From Eledone cirrhosa (Eukaryota): a stretch of 64,000 bases of DNA. The DNA lies in assembly GCA_964016885.1 (NCBI GenBank), contig OZ024742.1:157418001-157482000 (forward strand), in the 5' to 3' direction. Below are positions 27,833-39,385 of this stretch, piece by piece; the first letter of the stretch is position 1; every line of letters begins with the position of its first letter. The notes beneath the pieces are model-generated. The model made no database searches. It was not told the origin of the DNA and saw only the letters and a program-made list of their open reading frames with translations. A program made the position numbers and the translations under genes.

Positions 27833-27899
27833 TTTTATTATGCGCATTTCAAAAACAAACATCATCAAACAATAATATTTGTGTTTTCATCAGATAAAA
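27833..27899 (-). ncRNA. Type I hammerhead ribozyme (inverted copy)
   Basis: Reverse complement of 28015-28081. Confidence 0.72.
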
Positions 27900-28014
27900 C
27901 AGGAGAACATGATATGAAGGCTAAAAAACACTTGTTGATAGTGCAGTTTTAAATCAACATATCAAAACTGCACTATCAACAAGTGTTTTTTAGCCTTCAT
28001 ATCATGTTCTCCTG

Positions 28015-28081
28015 TTTTATCTGATGAAAACACACATATTATTGTTTGATGATGTTTGTTTTTGAAATGCGCATAATAAAA
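28015..28081 (+). ncRNA. Type I hammerhead ribozyme
   Basis: TTTTAT-CTGATGA-AAAC...GTTTTT-GAAAT-GCGC-ATA-ATAAAA. Confidence 0.75.
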
Positions 28082-28525
28082 TATATGGAACTCCTTTAAC
28101 CATCTTTTGATCTTATATTATACATACTCCAGTCCCACAAACTGTAGAGTGCTTCTTATCCGATATCTGCATTGCTTTATTGTACTACAATAAAACTCAC
28201 CTCCTACATATATATATATATATATATACATACAGACACATATTTTTTCCATAATATAAGAAGTTGGGACAGTGAAATTAAAATACAAGTCATTCTGATC
28301 ACATTGAGTTCTTCATGTAGATTGGGCCCCGCAACCGACAGTGGTGAATGTTGTGTGCGCATATATATATAGATATATGTGTGTGCACGTGTAGGGTTTA
28401 ACATGGATGTGTTGGTCACACAAAGGCATGGTCTGTCAACGAATAAACCTGATTCTACAGAATTGGTCTCTGGTCTTTAATAGTAGTGATTCCGTGCGTA
28501 TGTGTGTTTATATTTTATGACAATT

Positions 28526-30811
28526 CTATTGGGGCGATAACCCGTTTAGTTTTGGTTTAAATTTGTTAAGGAATAGATTTTCTTTGTTTATTCTTTGTTG
28601 CTGTGTGAACGAATCTGAGCACTTGTAGAAGGGGAAGATTTTAAAGTTGGGTAGTGTCATTCCTGCGCAGTTCGCAATATGGCTGCTCAAGGGGATTTTT
28701 CTTGTGTTAGCGTCCCGGATTTGTTGGCGGTGGATGGTCATTCTTTTGCGTAATGAAGCGCCCGTCTGTCCTATGTAGTTGTGTTTGCACCCACCGCAAG
28801 TTATTGCGTAAATCAAGTTCTCCGAGTTGCAGGTGAAATTGTTTTTTACTGTAAATGTTTGGCCATCTTTGAATGTAAATGTTTGTCCTTCAGTGAGGTA
28901 GAGGCACGTTCCACAGTTTGTTCTACCACATTTGGTAACTGTAGGGTTGAGGATTGGTTTGGGTATATTTGGTCCAGTGAGAATGCGTTTAAGTGATTTG
29001 GGCTGTCTTTTACTTTTAAGGATCTTGTGTGTTTCAAGAATAGATTTCATTTTTACATCTTTAAGTAGGATGGGGAGGTTTTTGTGTAGGTGATCAAACA
29101 TTTCGGTATTTCTGGGGTTGAAAGTGAATACATATGGCAGGGTGTTGTGTGTGGTTTTCTGATTTGGATTGTTAAGTTGATGGGGATTTAGGTGTTTTGC
29201 CCTGTCTATTCCATTGTTGATTATTTCAAGTGGAAAGGCTCTTAAGATAAGGGCGTCTTTTAGTTCCTTTAGTCTTTGCTCCCGTTTAGGTGGATCTGAT
29301 ACTATGGTACATGTACGTTTGGCCAAATTGTAAGGAATGTTAAGTTTTGTATGTTTTGGGTGACTTGATGTGAAAAAGAGGTATTGCTTGGAATCTGTGG
29401 GTTTATAGAATATATCTGTATCTAATTTCCCGTCTATTACAGAGATGAGAATATCCAAGAAGACTAATTCCTTAGGGTTGGATTCCATTTTGAATTGTAT
29501 GTTATTATGTATGTTGTTTATCATGTTTTTAAACGTAGTAAGTGAGTTCATGTCTTCTTGCCATAGGATAAAGCACTCGTCTAGATATCTTTTCCAATTG
29601 GCTTTGAGGTGTGTGTGGAAAGAGTCTCCAAATAAGAGAAGGGACTGACTGTATATTTGTTGTTCATGGAATCCCATGACTAGGTTGGCATATGTGGGTG
29701 CTACTTTCGTGCCCATTGCCGTACCTGATACTTGTCTGTATGTTGAACCATTGAATGTGAAGTAGTTATTTTGTAGGATAAAGCGGAGTCCGTCAGTGAT
29801 AAAATCTGTGTTGATGCGTGTCGGTATTTCTGATGGGTGTGTGTTAAGCCAGTATTGGACTGCTGTTATTCCATAGTTGTGAGGTATGTTTGTGTAGAGG
29901 TTTATTACGTCAAAGGAGACAAGAATTGTATTTGCACTTACTGTTTTAGGGAGGTGTTTCAGCATGTCAAGGTCATCTCGTATGTAGCTCTGTATATGTT
30001 GTAGAAAGGGTTTCAGTAGGATGTCCAGAAAGTTGCTAAGTCTGTGGGTTTCACATGTAGGGCCTGCTATAATTGGCCTGAGTTTTAGGTCTTCAGGTGG
30101 TGTTAGTTCAATGTAATTGTTGGTTGAGGTGTCACATGCATCGTTTATGGGTTTACATTTGTGGAGTTTCGGTAAGCCGTAAAAAGAGCTTGTATTGCAT
30201 TTGAAGTGGCTTATATAGTTAAACTCTTTTGTGGTTAAGCTGTTGCGGTATTTATTCAGTAAGATCAAAAGGTTCCCCATTGTTTTGGTGTGTTTGTAGT
30301 TTTCTGTTTTTTCATAGTATGTGTTGTTTTCTAAAATGTTAAGTGCGAGGGTCCTATAGTAGTCCGTATTCATAATGACAACAGTACTGCCTTTATCGGC
30401 TTCTTTTATAGTTATCTCAGGGTTGTTTCTAAGTGTGAATAATTCTTCCCATTCGTGTGTAGATAGGTTTGATTTCGTGTGTTTATTTGTAATTTATTCA
30501 TAGGGAAAGTTGGTGATGTGTTCGCAGTACGTGTCCAGTGCTTTATTTCTTCCCTTTTGTGGGCAGAAATTGCTTTTATTTCTAACCAGTGATTCGTCTT
30601 CAGTGTTGGTGTCGTTGTGGAAGAATTCCGTTAGTCGCAGCTTTCGGCAGTATTCCATGATGTCATCCTTCATTTCGGGGAAGTTTGGTTTACGTGGTGT
30701 AGGTGTAAATTTCAGGCCCTTACTTAAAATGTTGATTTGTGTGTTGGTTAGAGGTTTCTTTGAGAGGTTGATTATTTTTGGTTTCTCCTGAGGGGGTGGG
30801 GGGGGGGGCAT
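28526..30811 (-). pseudogene. PLE RT plus GIY-YIG endonuclease ORF (one TAA at 30494-30496; YLDD changed to YLDE)
   Basis: IINLS..LSKGLKF.PTP, EADKGS, FYGLPKLHK, RPII, FDVINLYTNI, GTAMGT, KCGRTNCGTC, LIYAITCGGC..YIGQTG. Confidence 0.92.
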
Positions 30812-31018
30812 CGAGTATCCTGGTATTTCAGGCTTTTCCCTAAAAAAGGAATGTAGTTTTGTGTGTGATTATATTTTGTTGGTCTGTTGCGTGTGGGTCT
30901 GTAGCTTGTTGTTTCATGAGGGTGAATGTGATGGTGGGGGTGGTATGTGTTGTGGTTGTTGATGAGCAAGGGTTCTGTTGTTGGTTCATGTGGTCTGGGT
31001 GCGTTATTTCTGTGGTAC

Positions 31019-32251
31019 ACATTCAATGGTTCAACATACAGACAAGTATCAGGTACGGCAATGGGCACGAAAGTAGCACCCACATATGCCAACCTAGTCA
31101 TGGGATTCCATGAACAACAAATATACAGTCAGTCCCTTCTCTTATTTGGAGACTCTTTCCACACACACCTCAAAGCCAATTGGAAAAGATATCTAGACGA
31201 CTGCTTTATCCTATGGCAAGAAGACATGAACTCACTTACTACGTTTAAAAACATGATAAACAACATAGATAATAACATACAATTCACAATGGAATCCAAC
31301 CCTAAGGAATTAGCCTTCTTGGATATTCTCATCTCTGTAATAGACGGGAAATTAGATACAGATATATTCTATAAACCCACAGATTCCAAGCAATACCACT
31401 TTTTCACATCAAGTCACCCAAAACATACAAAACTTAACATTCCTTACAATTTGGCCAAACGTATATGTACCATAGTATCAGATCCACCTAAACGGGAGCA
31501 AAGACTAAAGGAACTAAAAGACACCCTTATCTTAAGAGCCTTTCCACTTGAAATAATCAACAATGGAATAGACAGGGCAAAACACCTAAATCCCCATCAA
31601 CTTAACAATCCAAAACAGAAAACCACACTCAACACCCTGCCATATGTATCCACTTTCAACCCCAGAAATACCGAAATGTTTGATCACCTACACAAAAACC
31701 TCCCCATCCTACTTAAAGATGTAAAAATGAAATCTATTCTTGAAACACACAAGATCCTTAAAAGTAAAAGACAACCCAAATCACTTAAACGCATTCTCAC
31801 TGGACCAAATATACCCAAACCAATCCTCAACCCTACAGTTACCAAATGTGGTAGAACAAACTGTGGAACGTGCCTCTACCTCACTGAAGGACAAACATTT
31901 ACATTCAAAGATGGCCAAACATTTACAGTAAAAAACAATTTCACCTGCAACTCGGAGAACTTGATTTACGCAATAACTTGCGGTGGGTGCAAACACAACT
32001 ACATAGGACAGACGGGCACTTCATTACGCAAAAGAATGACCATCCACCGCCAACAAATCCGGGACGCTAACACAAGAAAAATCCCCTTGAGCAGCCATAT
32101 TGCGAACTGCACAGGAATGACACTACCCAACTTTAAAATCTTCCCCTTCTACAAGTGCTCAGATTCGTTCACACAGCAACAAAGAATAAACAAAGAAAAT
32201 CTATTCCTTAACAAATTTAAACCAAAACTAAACGGGTTGTCACCCCAATAG
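31019..32251 (+). pseudogene. 5'-truncated PLE RT/GIY-YIG ORF (right arm)
   Basis: Near-identical to C-terminal ~410 aa of the left ORF; retains YLDD. Confidence 0.92.
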
Positions 32252-32768
32252 AATTGTCATAAAATATAAACACACATACGCACGGAATCACTACTATTAA
32301 AGACCAGAGACCAATTCTGTAGAATCAGGTTTATTCGTTGACAGACCATGCCTTTGTGTGACCAACACATCCATGTTAAACCCTGCACGTGCACACACAT
32401 ATATCTATATATATATGCGCACACAAAATTCACCACTGTCGGTTGCGGGGCCCAATCTACATGAAGAACTCAATGTGATCAGAATGACTTGTATTTTAAT
32501 TTCACTGTCCCAACTTCTTATATTATGGAAAAAATATATGTGTCTGTATGTATATATATATATATATATATATTTGGAGGCCATTTCTCTGTGTGTGGGT
32601 GTATGTATGTGTATATGTGTGTGTGTGTGTATGTTTGTATGTGTGTATGTATATATATATAGGTGTGTGTGTGTGTATGTATGTGTGTGGGGGGGGGGGG
32701 TATATATATATGTGTGTGTGTGTGTGTGTATGCATGTGTGTATCTGAATGTATGTGTATGTATATATA

Positions 32769-32799
<31 letters not shown>

Positions 32800-33271
32800 G
32801 TGTATGTATGTGTATATATGTGTGTGTATGTGTATGTGTGTATGTATATGTATGTGTGTGTGTATGTATGTGTGTATATGTATATATATATATATCTATA
32901 TATGTATATGTATATGTATATGTATGTATGTGTGGATGAATGTATGTGTGTATATATAGGTGTAAGTGCACTAAATCCCTATCTATCACGCTCCACTCTC
33001 CTACCCACCACAGGAAGATATATGTATGTATATTGCTTCCACCCCCTGACTGACCAGCAGCTGGCCAGTTGGCGATTGCTAAATCTGACCTTTATAAAAT
33101 AACCCACACCCCAAATAACTTCTCATTCACTACCAGAAAGGGACACAGCAGTCAACCTGTTGTTGCTACCTAGATGAAAACTGCTATGAAATCCCACAAT
33201 GAATTTTATACTTGAATTTTCAAATCTCAAATTTTAACTCTTCGTATTATTAATTTTTCTTAATATTAATC

Positions 33272-33319
33272 AACATTTGAAAAGATGGCTTTTGCAGACC
33301 CATCGAAACCGGTCATTTT
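33272..33319 (+). ncRNA. Hammerhead ribozyme, U3-A8 core variant (right arm)
   Basis: AACAT-TTGAAAA-GATGG-CTTTTGCAGAC-CCATC-GAAAC-CG-GTC-ATTTT. Confidence 0.7.
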
Positions 33320-33416
33320 TTATACCCTTTATTATTTCCTTACCTTATAAAATTATGTTTTTTCACAAAAAAGTATTCTGTCTCTTATATATTCCATGTG
33401 CCATTACCAACCTCAA

Positions 33417-33483
<67 letters not shown>

Positions 33484-33484
<1 letters not shown>

Positions 33485-35070
33485 GGGATAACAGGTTATC
33501 GTTATAGGTAGTCCACTTAGATGTAGTCCAGTTAGAGTACTCCGTGTTGTGGATGGTATTAACATATGGCTTAGTTTGACTCAACAAGACGGTCCCATAG
33601 TGATGCTGCGAGTACGCGGTGATATCTATGTAGTTTATACTTGGAGTAATAATAAGTGTTTCTACTTTAGGCACACGGCCAGCAATTACTTGGAGTAATA
33701 ATAATAAAAGAAAGAAGAGTGACATGGCTGGCTATACAATAAGGGCTTTATTCACATTGCTGACCATTGTTTCTTTGATATGGTAGGTCTAGATTTCGCT
33801 ACTCGCTTGATGATGGGCCAATCGAACTCCAATACTTTGTTTATAACCAGTCGTTTCATCAGAGCGTGCGAAAGTGAGGAAGATACTCCAGGCATGGCTT
33901 TTATAGAGGAGTGGTATTAAACCAGAAGAATAATATCAATAATAAAATAATTAGATACTGAATAGTTAGAATAATAACATCAATATAAGTAAGAAATATA
34001 GTATAATGCTAAATCTAGCATATTAAACGAACTGATATAATACAGATGTATGAACATTGACATGTGAAAACTGCTATATGCTACATTAGATTTAGTACTA
34101 AGGTAGTGAAGAGATAACTGATAAAATGTACCTGGAGTCAGGATTTAGGAGTAATTTATGAGGTATATACGTGTGATGTAGGTCTAAAAAGACACTAGAA
34201 ATAAACTGGAGATTGAGTTATACTTTGATAGATAAGTATTTTCGTTGTATCAACTTTCTGAGAATGATAGGGCGGGTGCATAGAGATATATGGGTTTTAT
34301 GTGGTATTATGTGAAGTTGTAGATTCGGTATTTAAAGGTTTTAGGTGGCCTGTTCTAAAAGTTGGGATTGTTAGATCGAATCATGGGGGTTTAGTTTTCA
34401 CAACATTAATAACAAATAGTGTATAAAAAAGACGATAATAGCAGATAATGTATAAATAAGACCATAATAGCAGATAGTATATAAATAAGACAATAATAAC
34501 AACAATAATAGAGACAATAAAAGTAATAAGATAATAAAATATGCATGGTAAATAGAGAGAACATGATGAATAAAATTAGGGATACATTGAGATGATCATA
34601 ATAATAATAAGAAAATAAGATTTCAAGGAGTGTATGAGTAATAAGATAATGTACTTAGAATTAAGTTAATCCGTTAGAGATCATGAGTGCTAATATGAGA
34701 TACGTAGTTATACTTGTTTGGTCCGAGGGAATAAACAACAGCAAAGATGGGATTGATTTATGGGCTGACAAGATAATTGTAGGCATTACTGACCCATCCT
34801 AGTGGTATAGATGTAGGGAGGCTAGAAGGTGTTAATTGAAGGTTATGGTTCTGAAGTGGGCTGTGTGAGAATGCGGATTTCATATGTTAAATACGAAATG
34901 ATATTCCATCAGCATAGGGGATGCTGGTTCGAATCACGGTGGTTTAAATCTCGCGAATTTTGTAGCAATCCTCTGTCTGAAGAAAATTGACATTTCTATT
35001 TTGCTGTTGAGTAGCATTTTATCGTCCCTTAAGATATGTAGCAATTCAAGTATTTGTATAATAGATGTTT
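33484..35070 (-). mobile_element. 5'-truncated Naiad-type PLE: endonuclease C-terminal tip plus long 3' UTR/pLTR
   Basis: Minus 34935-35055 reads LELLHILRDDKMLLNSKIEM...KFARFKPP*, like ELFEIMKSKDILLNKRQE at 62091-62276; degenerate hammerhead at 33753-33868; ends in (TA)n. Confidence 0.55.
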
Positions 35071-35423
35071 TATTTGTTATTAAAAAAATATGTCATCAAT
35101 TATGTAATGCTTTTTTTCCAAAAGATGTATGTGCATCTCGACACATCTCCTAACAGCTTGGTGGCTTGTTGTAGTGACATAAGTGTCACTTCAGGCCTCT
35201 GATGTAAAGGGAATACTGCTGCTCCGCTACTACTACTTGTATTAGTAGCAGTAGTAGTTTTATTAAAATTATTCTTTAGTTTGAACAATTCCTGATAATA
35301 TCTTGCCTAGATATTAAAAATAAGCTACGGCGGGAGAAGGAACGTGACGAGTTGATTTCACCCATCTCTTTGGGGAGATTCTGTCAAAGCACCGTTTTTA
35401 TAGAAACATGTATGATTTATATA

Positions 35424-35512
<89 letters not shown>

Positions 35513-35822
35513 TGATCATTTCTAAGGACGGCATGTATATGTGAAGGTATGTATATTTCATCTGATAATTTGTAATATTTTTACATAGATCTATATGATA
35601 TACATACCAACACACATATACATCCCAGAAACGATCGTAAAATGATACATTTTTTAATATAAATAACTTGTTTTTTGTGTTTATTTCATTGTTTTTATTA
35701 ATTTTTCTTGACTCTGTTTTCCTATGATTTTTATCGTAATTTTTTGAATGCATCTTCTCTTTTGGATTACATTGAGTTCTTCATACGGATTGGAAACTAC
35801 CGTATATTTTGGTAGATTTATC

Positions 35823-35862
<40 letters not shown>

Positions 35863-36194
35863 CGAGTAGTTAAGGCGGAATTATTTCACCATAATTGCTT
35901 TATTCTATCAAATATATTTCTGTTACATGGTTATGCATGTGAATTCATCAGATGATTACGCAATCTTAGGTGCAATAGTGCATCTATGATTGCAAGTGCT
36001 TGTGTAGTTGTTTGAATATATACATTATAATTGATGTGGGGATAAATAGTATCATTTTTATTATGTGTATATTGCACATGGTCAAATCAAATTTAGAATA
36101 AAAGGGATCTCCGCAGTATGTGAACAGAGCTAGTGAACTATTATTACTGGTATGTTTTTTATTATTATTATTGTTATTACTATTGTTATTATTG

Positions 36195-36281
36195 TTACGA
36201 GGTCGATAAAATAAAGTACCAGTAATATACTGGATAATTGCTGGCTTTGTGCCAAAAGTAGAAACGATTATTATTATTATT
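36195..36281 (+). mobile_element. Nin/Deu-like SINE 3' half
   Basis: GGTCGATAAAATAAAGTACCAG...GTGCCAAAAGTAGAAAC-(ATT)n. Confidence 0.85.
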
Positions 36282-37052
36282 AATATAATCATCATCATTG
36301 ATTAATATTCCAGTTTAATATAGTTTAAAATAGGAATTGATTATTTTTTCAATGCAAATCAGCAACCATGTTTTTTCTTCACAGAATGCCATTATAGCGA
36401 TAATAACATAACTCCAAATTGTTACAAGTCTAAAGCAGGAAAAAATTAAGACAAACAATACAAGAATACTTGCTTTTGTTTAATAGACTCCAGATTTTTC
36501 AGCTTGCACATTATTACCATGAAAGAGAATTTTCTGATAGAAAGACACATAAATGGTTCTAGAGTCGTTACTATTGATAATGTATTATAACATTACAGTC
36601 TAATTGAAAAGTCACCAAGACAACTCCCAGGATCCATATTATTCTCGTAAATACTTGTTATCTAAAAATAACCCCAATTTTCTTTTTGTAATCTCCATTG
36701 TGGTTTTTAAACGCTAACTCTCTGTATTTCCTGCATTGCGTCTCTTTTTCTATATCCATTTTGATGTCACAATCTCTCTCTGTATCTGAAACGGTATCAG
36801 TTCCTATACTAGAATGTGAACTACACTGTTATCCTCCAATTTTAGATTGCATTCAATCTTGTAATGTTCATGAGTTTATCACATGTTCATTCGATAAAAT
36901 TGTGAGGATAGAGCGACACAAAAGCGCACACAAATACATGAATACATATATCCACACACACACACACTCACACTCACACACACACACACACATATATATA
37001 TACATATTTATATATATGTTGAGTATCTCAGTGGAAATGGTAAAGGAATAAT

Positions 37053-37151
37053 ATAATTATTCCATTACCCAGGGTTTCAGGGAGTGAAACGATTCAGATG
37101 CCTCTGTTAGAATCGCCTGACTCGTGAAATCTTGTGTAATGGAATAATTAT
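37053..37151. mobile_element. 99-bp MITE-like imperfect hairpin
   Basis: 16-bp perfect terminal IR ATAATTATTCCATTAC/GTAATGGAATAATTAT with further inner pairing. Confidence 0.6.
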
Positions 37152-37330
37152 TTGGCGTTGTATATTACATAATATATATATATATATATATATTAGAAAG
37201 TGAGGTTTTTTTTACAAAATGAAAAATAACCGAGGTGTCCTACACGAGTGGAAGTATAAAGAAAAAGGGATGAAATCGAAAATGCAACTGAAGTCTTATT
37301 TTTTTTTAAAATATATATATTTATTTGGTT

Positions 37331-37368
37331 CCTTTACCGGTTTCGCAGTTCTTCTGCTTTTCAAAAGG
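37331..37368 (-). ncRNA. Minimal hammerhead ribozyme, U3-A8 core variant (second family)
   Basis: CCTT-TTGAAAA-GCAG-AAGAA-CTGC-GAAAC-CG-GTA-AAGG; all stems pair perfectly. Confidence 0.8.
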
Positions 37369-37435
37369 TGAGTTGAGATGGAGGGTCTGTGGTTTTTCTA
37401 AAGGTGAGTTGAGATGGAGGGTCTGTGGTTTTTCT
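37364..37435. repeat. 36-bp tandem duplication beside the ribozyme
   Basis: AAAGGTGAGTTGAGATGGAGGGTCTGTGGTTTTTCT x2. Confidence 0.9.
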
Positions 37436-37632
37436 CACATCTGGTTGGTCTCTAAATGTTACTTGTTTTATATGGAAAAAGTGGCTCGAAAGCCAGGTTT
37501 TTCGAGAAGTAATTTGATTGGTTTGTCAATAATTATAATAAATTTCGTGCCAGTTCGCGTTACAATAGTTCTTCAAATAAGAGAGGGGGGTTGTCACAGG
37601 TTGTTTTTTCATATATGAGTGTTTGAATTTCT

Positions 37633-37718
<86 letters not shown>

Positions 37719-37745
37719 GCGTGTGTGTGCGTGTGCGTGTGTGTG

Positions 37746-37783
<38 letters not shown>

Positions 37784-37796
37784 CATATAGAGAGAG

Positions 37797-38078
37797 AGAA
37801 TAGAAAACGAAAAATCAGTGATGCTTCTGAACTCAATTTATTGTGTGTTACGATTCTTTACCCGGCAGACACCTCAAAACGCGATCATGTGGATCTTTTT
37901 GATTCTGGACCCGTAGGTTCGACGGACACGTCTAATTAGACGTGTCCGTCGAACCTGCTGGTCCAGAATCAGACAGATCCACACAATCATCGCGTCTCGG
38001 GGTGTCCCCCGGGGAAACAATTGTAACACACAATACATTGAGTTCAGATGCATCGCTGATTTTTCGTTTTCTATTCTA
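37797..38078. repeat. ~280-bp spacerless palindrome with diverged arms
   Basis: Perfect 42-bp centre 37915-37956; arms align outward to AGAATAGAAAACGAAAAATC/GATTTTTCGTTTTCTATTCT. Confidence 0.88.
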
Positions 38079-38153
38079 TCATACTCTGCTCTGTAAGAGC
38101 ATAAAGTGCTCAACCGGCATACCGCCTATGGAAGCATCTTAGCTAACCATCAG

Positions 38154-38247
<94 letters not shown>

Positions 38248-38405
38248 ATACTTTGGGAGGGTCATGTTGCCAATAAGAAACACACGCACCAGTTGCTTTC
38301 ACTTCAATTTATTATATATTTATAAATTTATAAATTTACAAATCTACAAACTTATAAATTTCTGGTTGGTTGGTTGGTTCCACAACCAGATAGTTGTTTA
38401 TATAT

Positions 38406-38450
38406 AGTCATAGTCCTTTCGTCACACACTCTGTTACCTCTTCAGTGACT
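38406..38450 (-). ncRNA. Minimal hammerhead ribozyme (inverted pLTR copy)
   Basis: Reverse complement of 39201-39245 with one stem II mismatch. Confidence 0.7.
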
Positions 38451-39200
38451 GGGGATTCCTTTCTTTGTTTCTGTGCCTTTCCTTTCTTCTATCCTACGCC
38501 ATTTTGTTTCTGTGTGTGTGTTGTGTGCTCAGTTTGCGCATGCGCCACATCCGGGTGTCTGTGTGTGTTTGTGTTCATTTATCTATTTATTTATTTATTT
38601 ATTTATTTATTGTTGGTTGGTTGTTTGTTCTATGTGTGTGTGTGTTTTCATTTTGTCCTTAATTGTAAGTTGTGATGTTGCTGTTCCACTCATATTTTCT
38701 ATTTAATTTTGGTTGTAATTCTTTTATGCTTACTGCCTCTGTAATTTGCCTAAACATTGCATCTTTTCTGTGTGTGGATTCTATTTTTATTTCTATGTTC
38801 TCTAATCTACCCCTGTTTTCTACCAACATGCTAAGATAGAACACAAGGGTAGATTAGAGAACATAGAAATAAAAATAGAATCCACACACAGAAAAGATGC
38901 AATGTTTAGGCAAATTATAGAGGCAGTAAGCATAAAAGAATTACAACCAAAATTAAATAGAAAATATGAGTGGAACAGCAACATCACAACTTACAATTAA
39001 GGACAAAATGAAAACACACACACACATAGAACAAACAACCAACCAACAATAAATAAATAAACAAATAGATAAATGAACACAAACACACACAGACACCCGG
39101 AAGTGGCGCATGCGCAAACTGAGCACACAACACACACACAGAAACAAAATGGCGTAGGATAGAAGAAAGGAAAGGCACAGAAACAAAGAAAGGAATCCCC

Positions 39201-39245
39201 AGTCACTGAAGAGGTCACAGAGTGTGTGACGAAAGGACTATGACT
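39201..39245 (+). ncRNA. Minimal type I hammerhead ribozyme (5' pLTR)
   Basis: AGTCA-CTGAAGA-G-GTCACA-GAGTG-TGTGAC-GAAA-GGAC-TA-TGACT. Confidence 0.8.
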
Positions 39246-39385
39246 ATATATAAACAACTATCTGGTTGTGGAACCAACCAACCAACCAGAAATTTATAAG
39301 TTTGTAGATTTGTAAATTTATAAATTTATAAATATATAATAAATTGAAGTGAACGCAACTGGTGCGTGTGTTTCTTATTGGCAAC

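Larger units (their letters stand above)
27792..28206. mobile_element. Palindromic PLE pLTR mini-insertion nested in the (TA)n of the left arm
   Basis: 159-bp arms 27792-27950 and 27964-28122, 13-nt loop, extra tail to 28206; absent from the right arm (empty site ~32551-32573). Confidence 0.88.
26827..33420. mobile_element. Neptune-like Penelope element: two 5'-truncated copies in inverted orientation (6.6-kb fold-back)
   Basis: 26868-29760 is the reverse complement of 31019-33420 (apart from an insert at ~27792-28206); both ends abut microsatellites. Confidence 0.93.
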
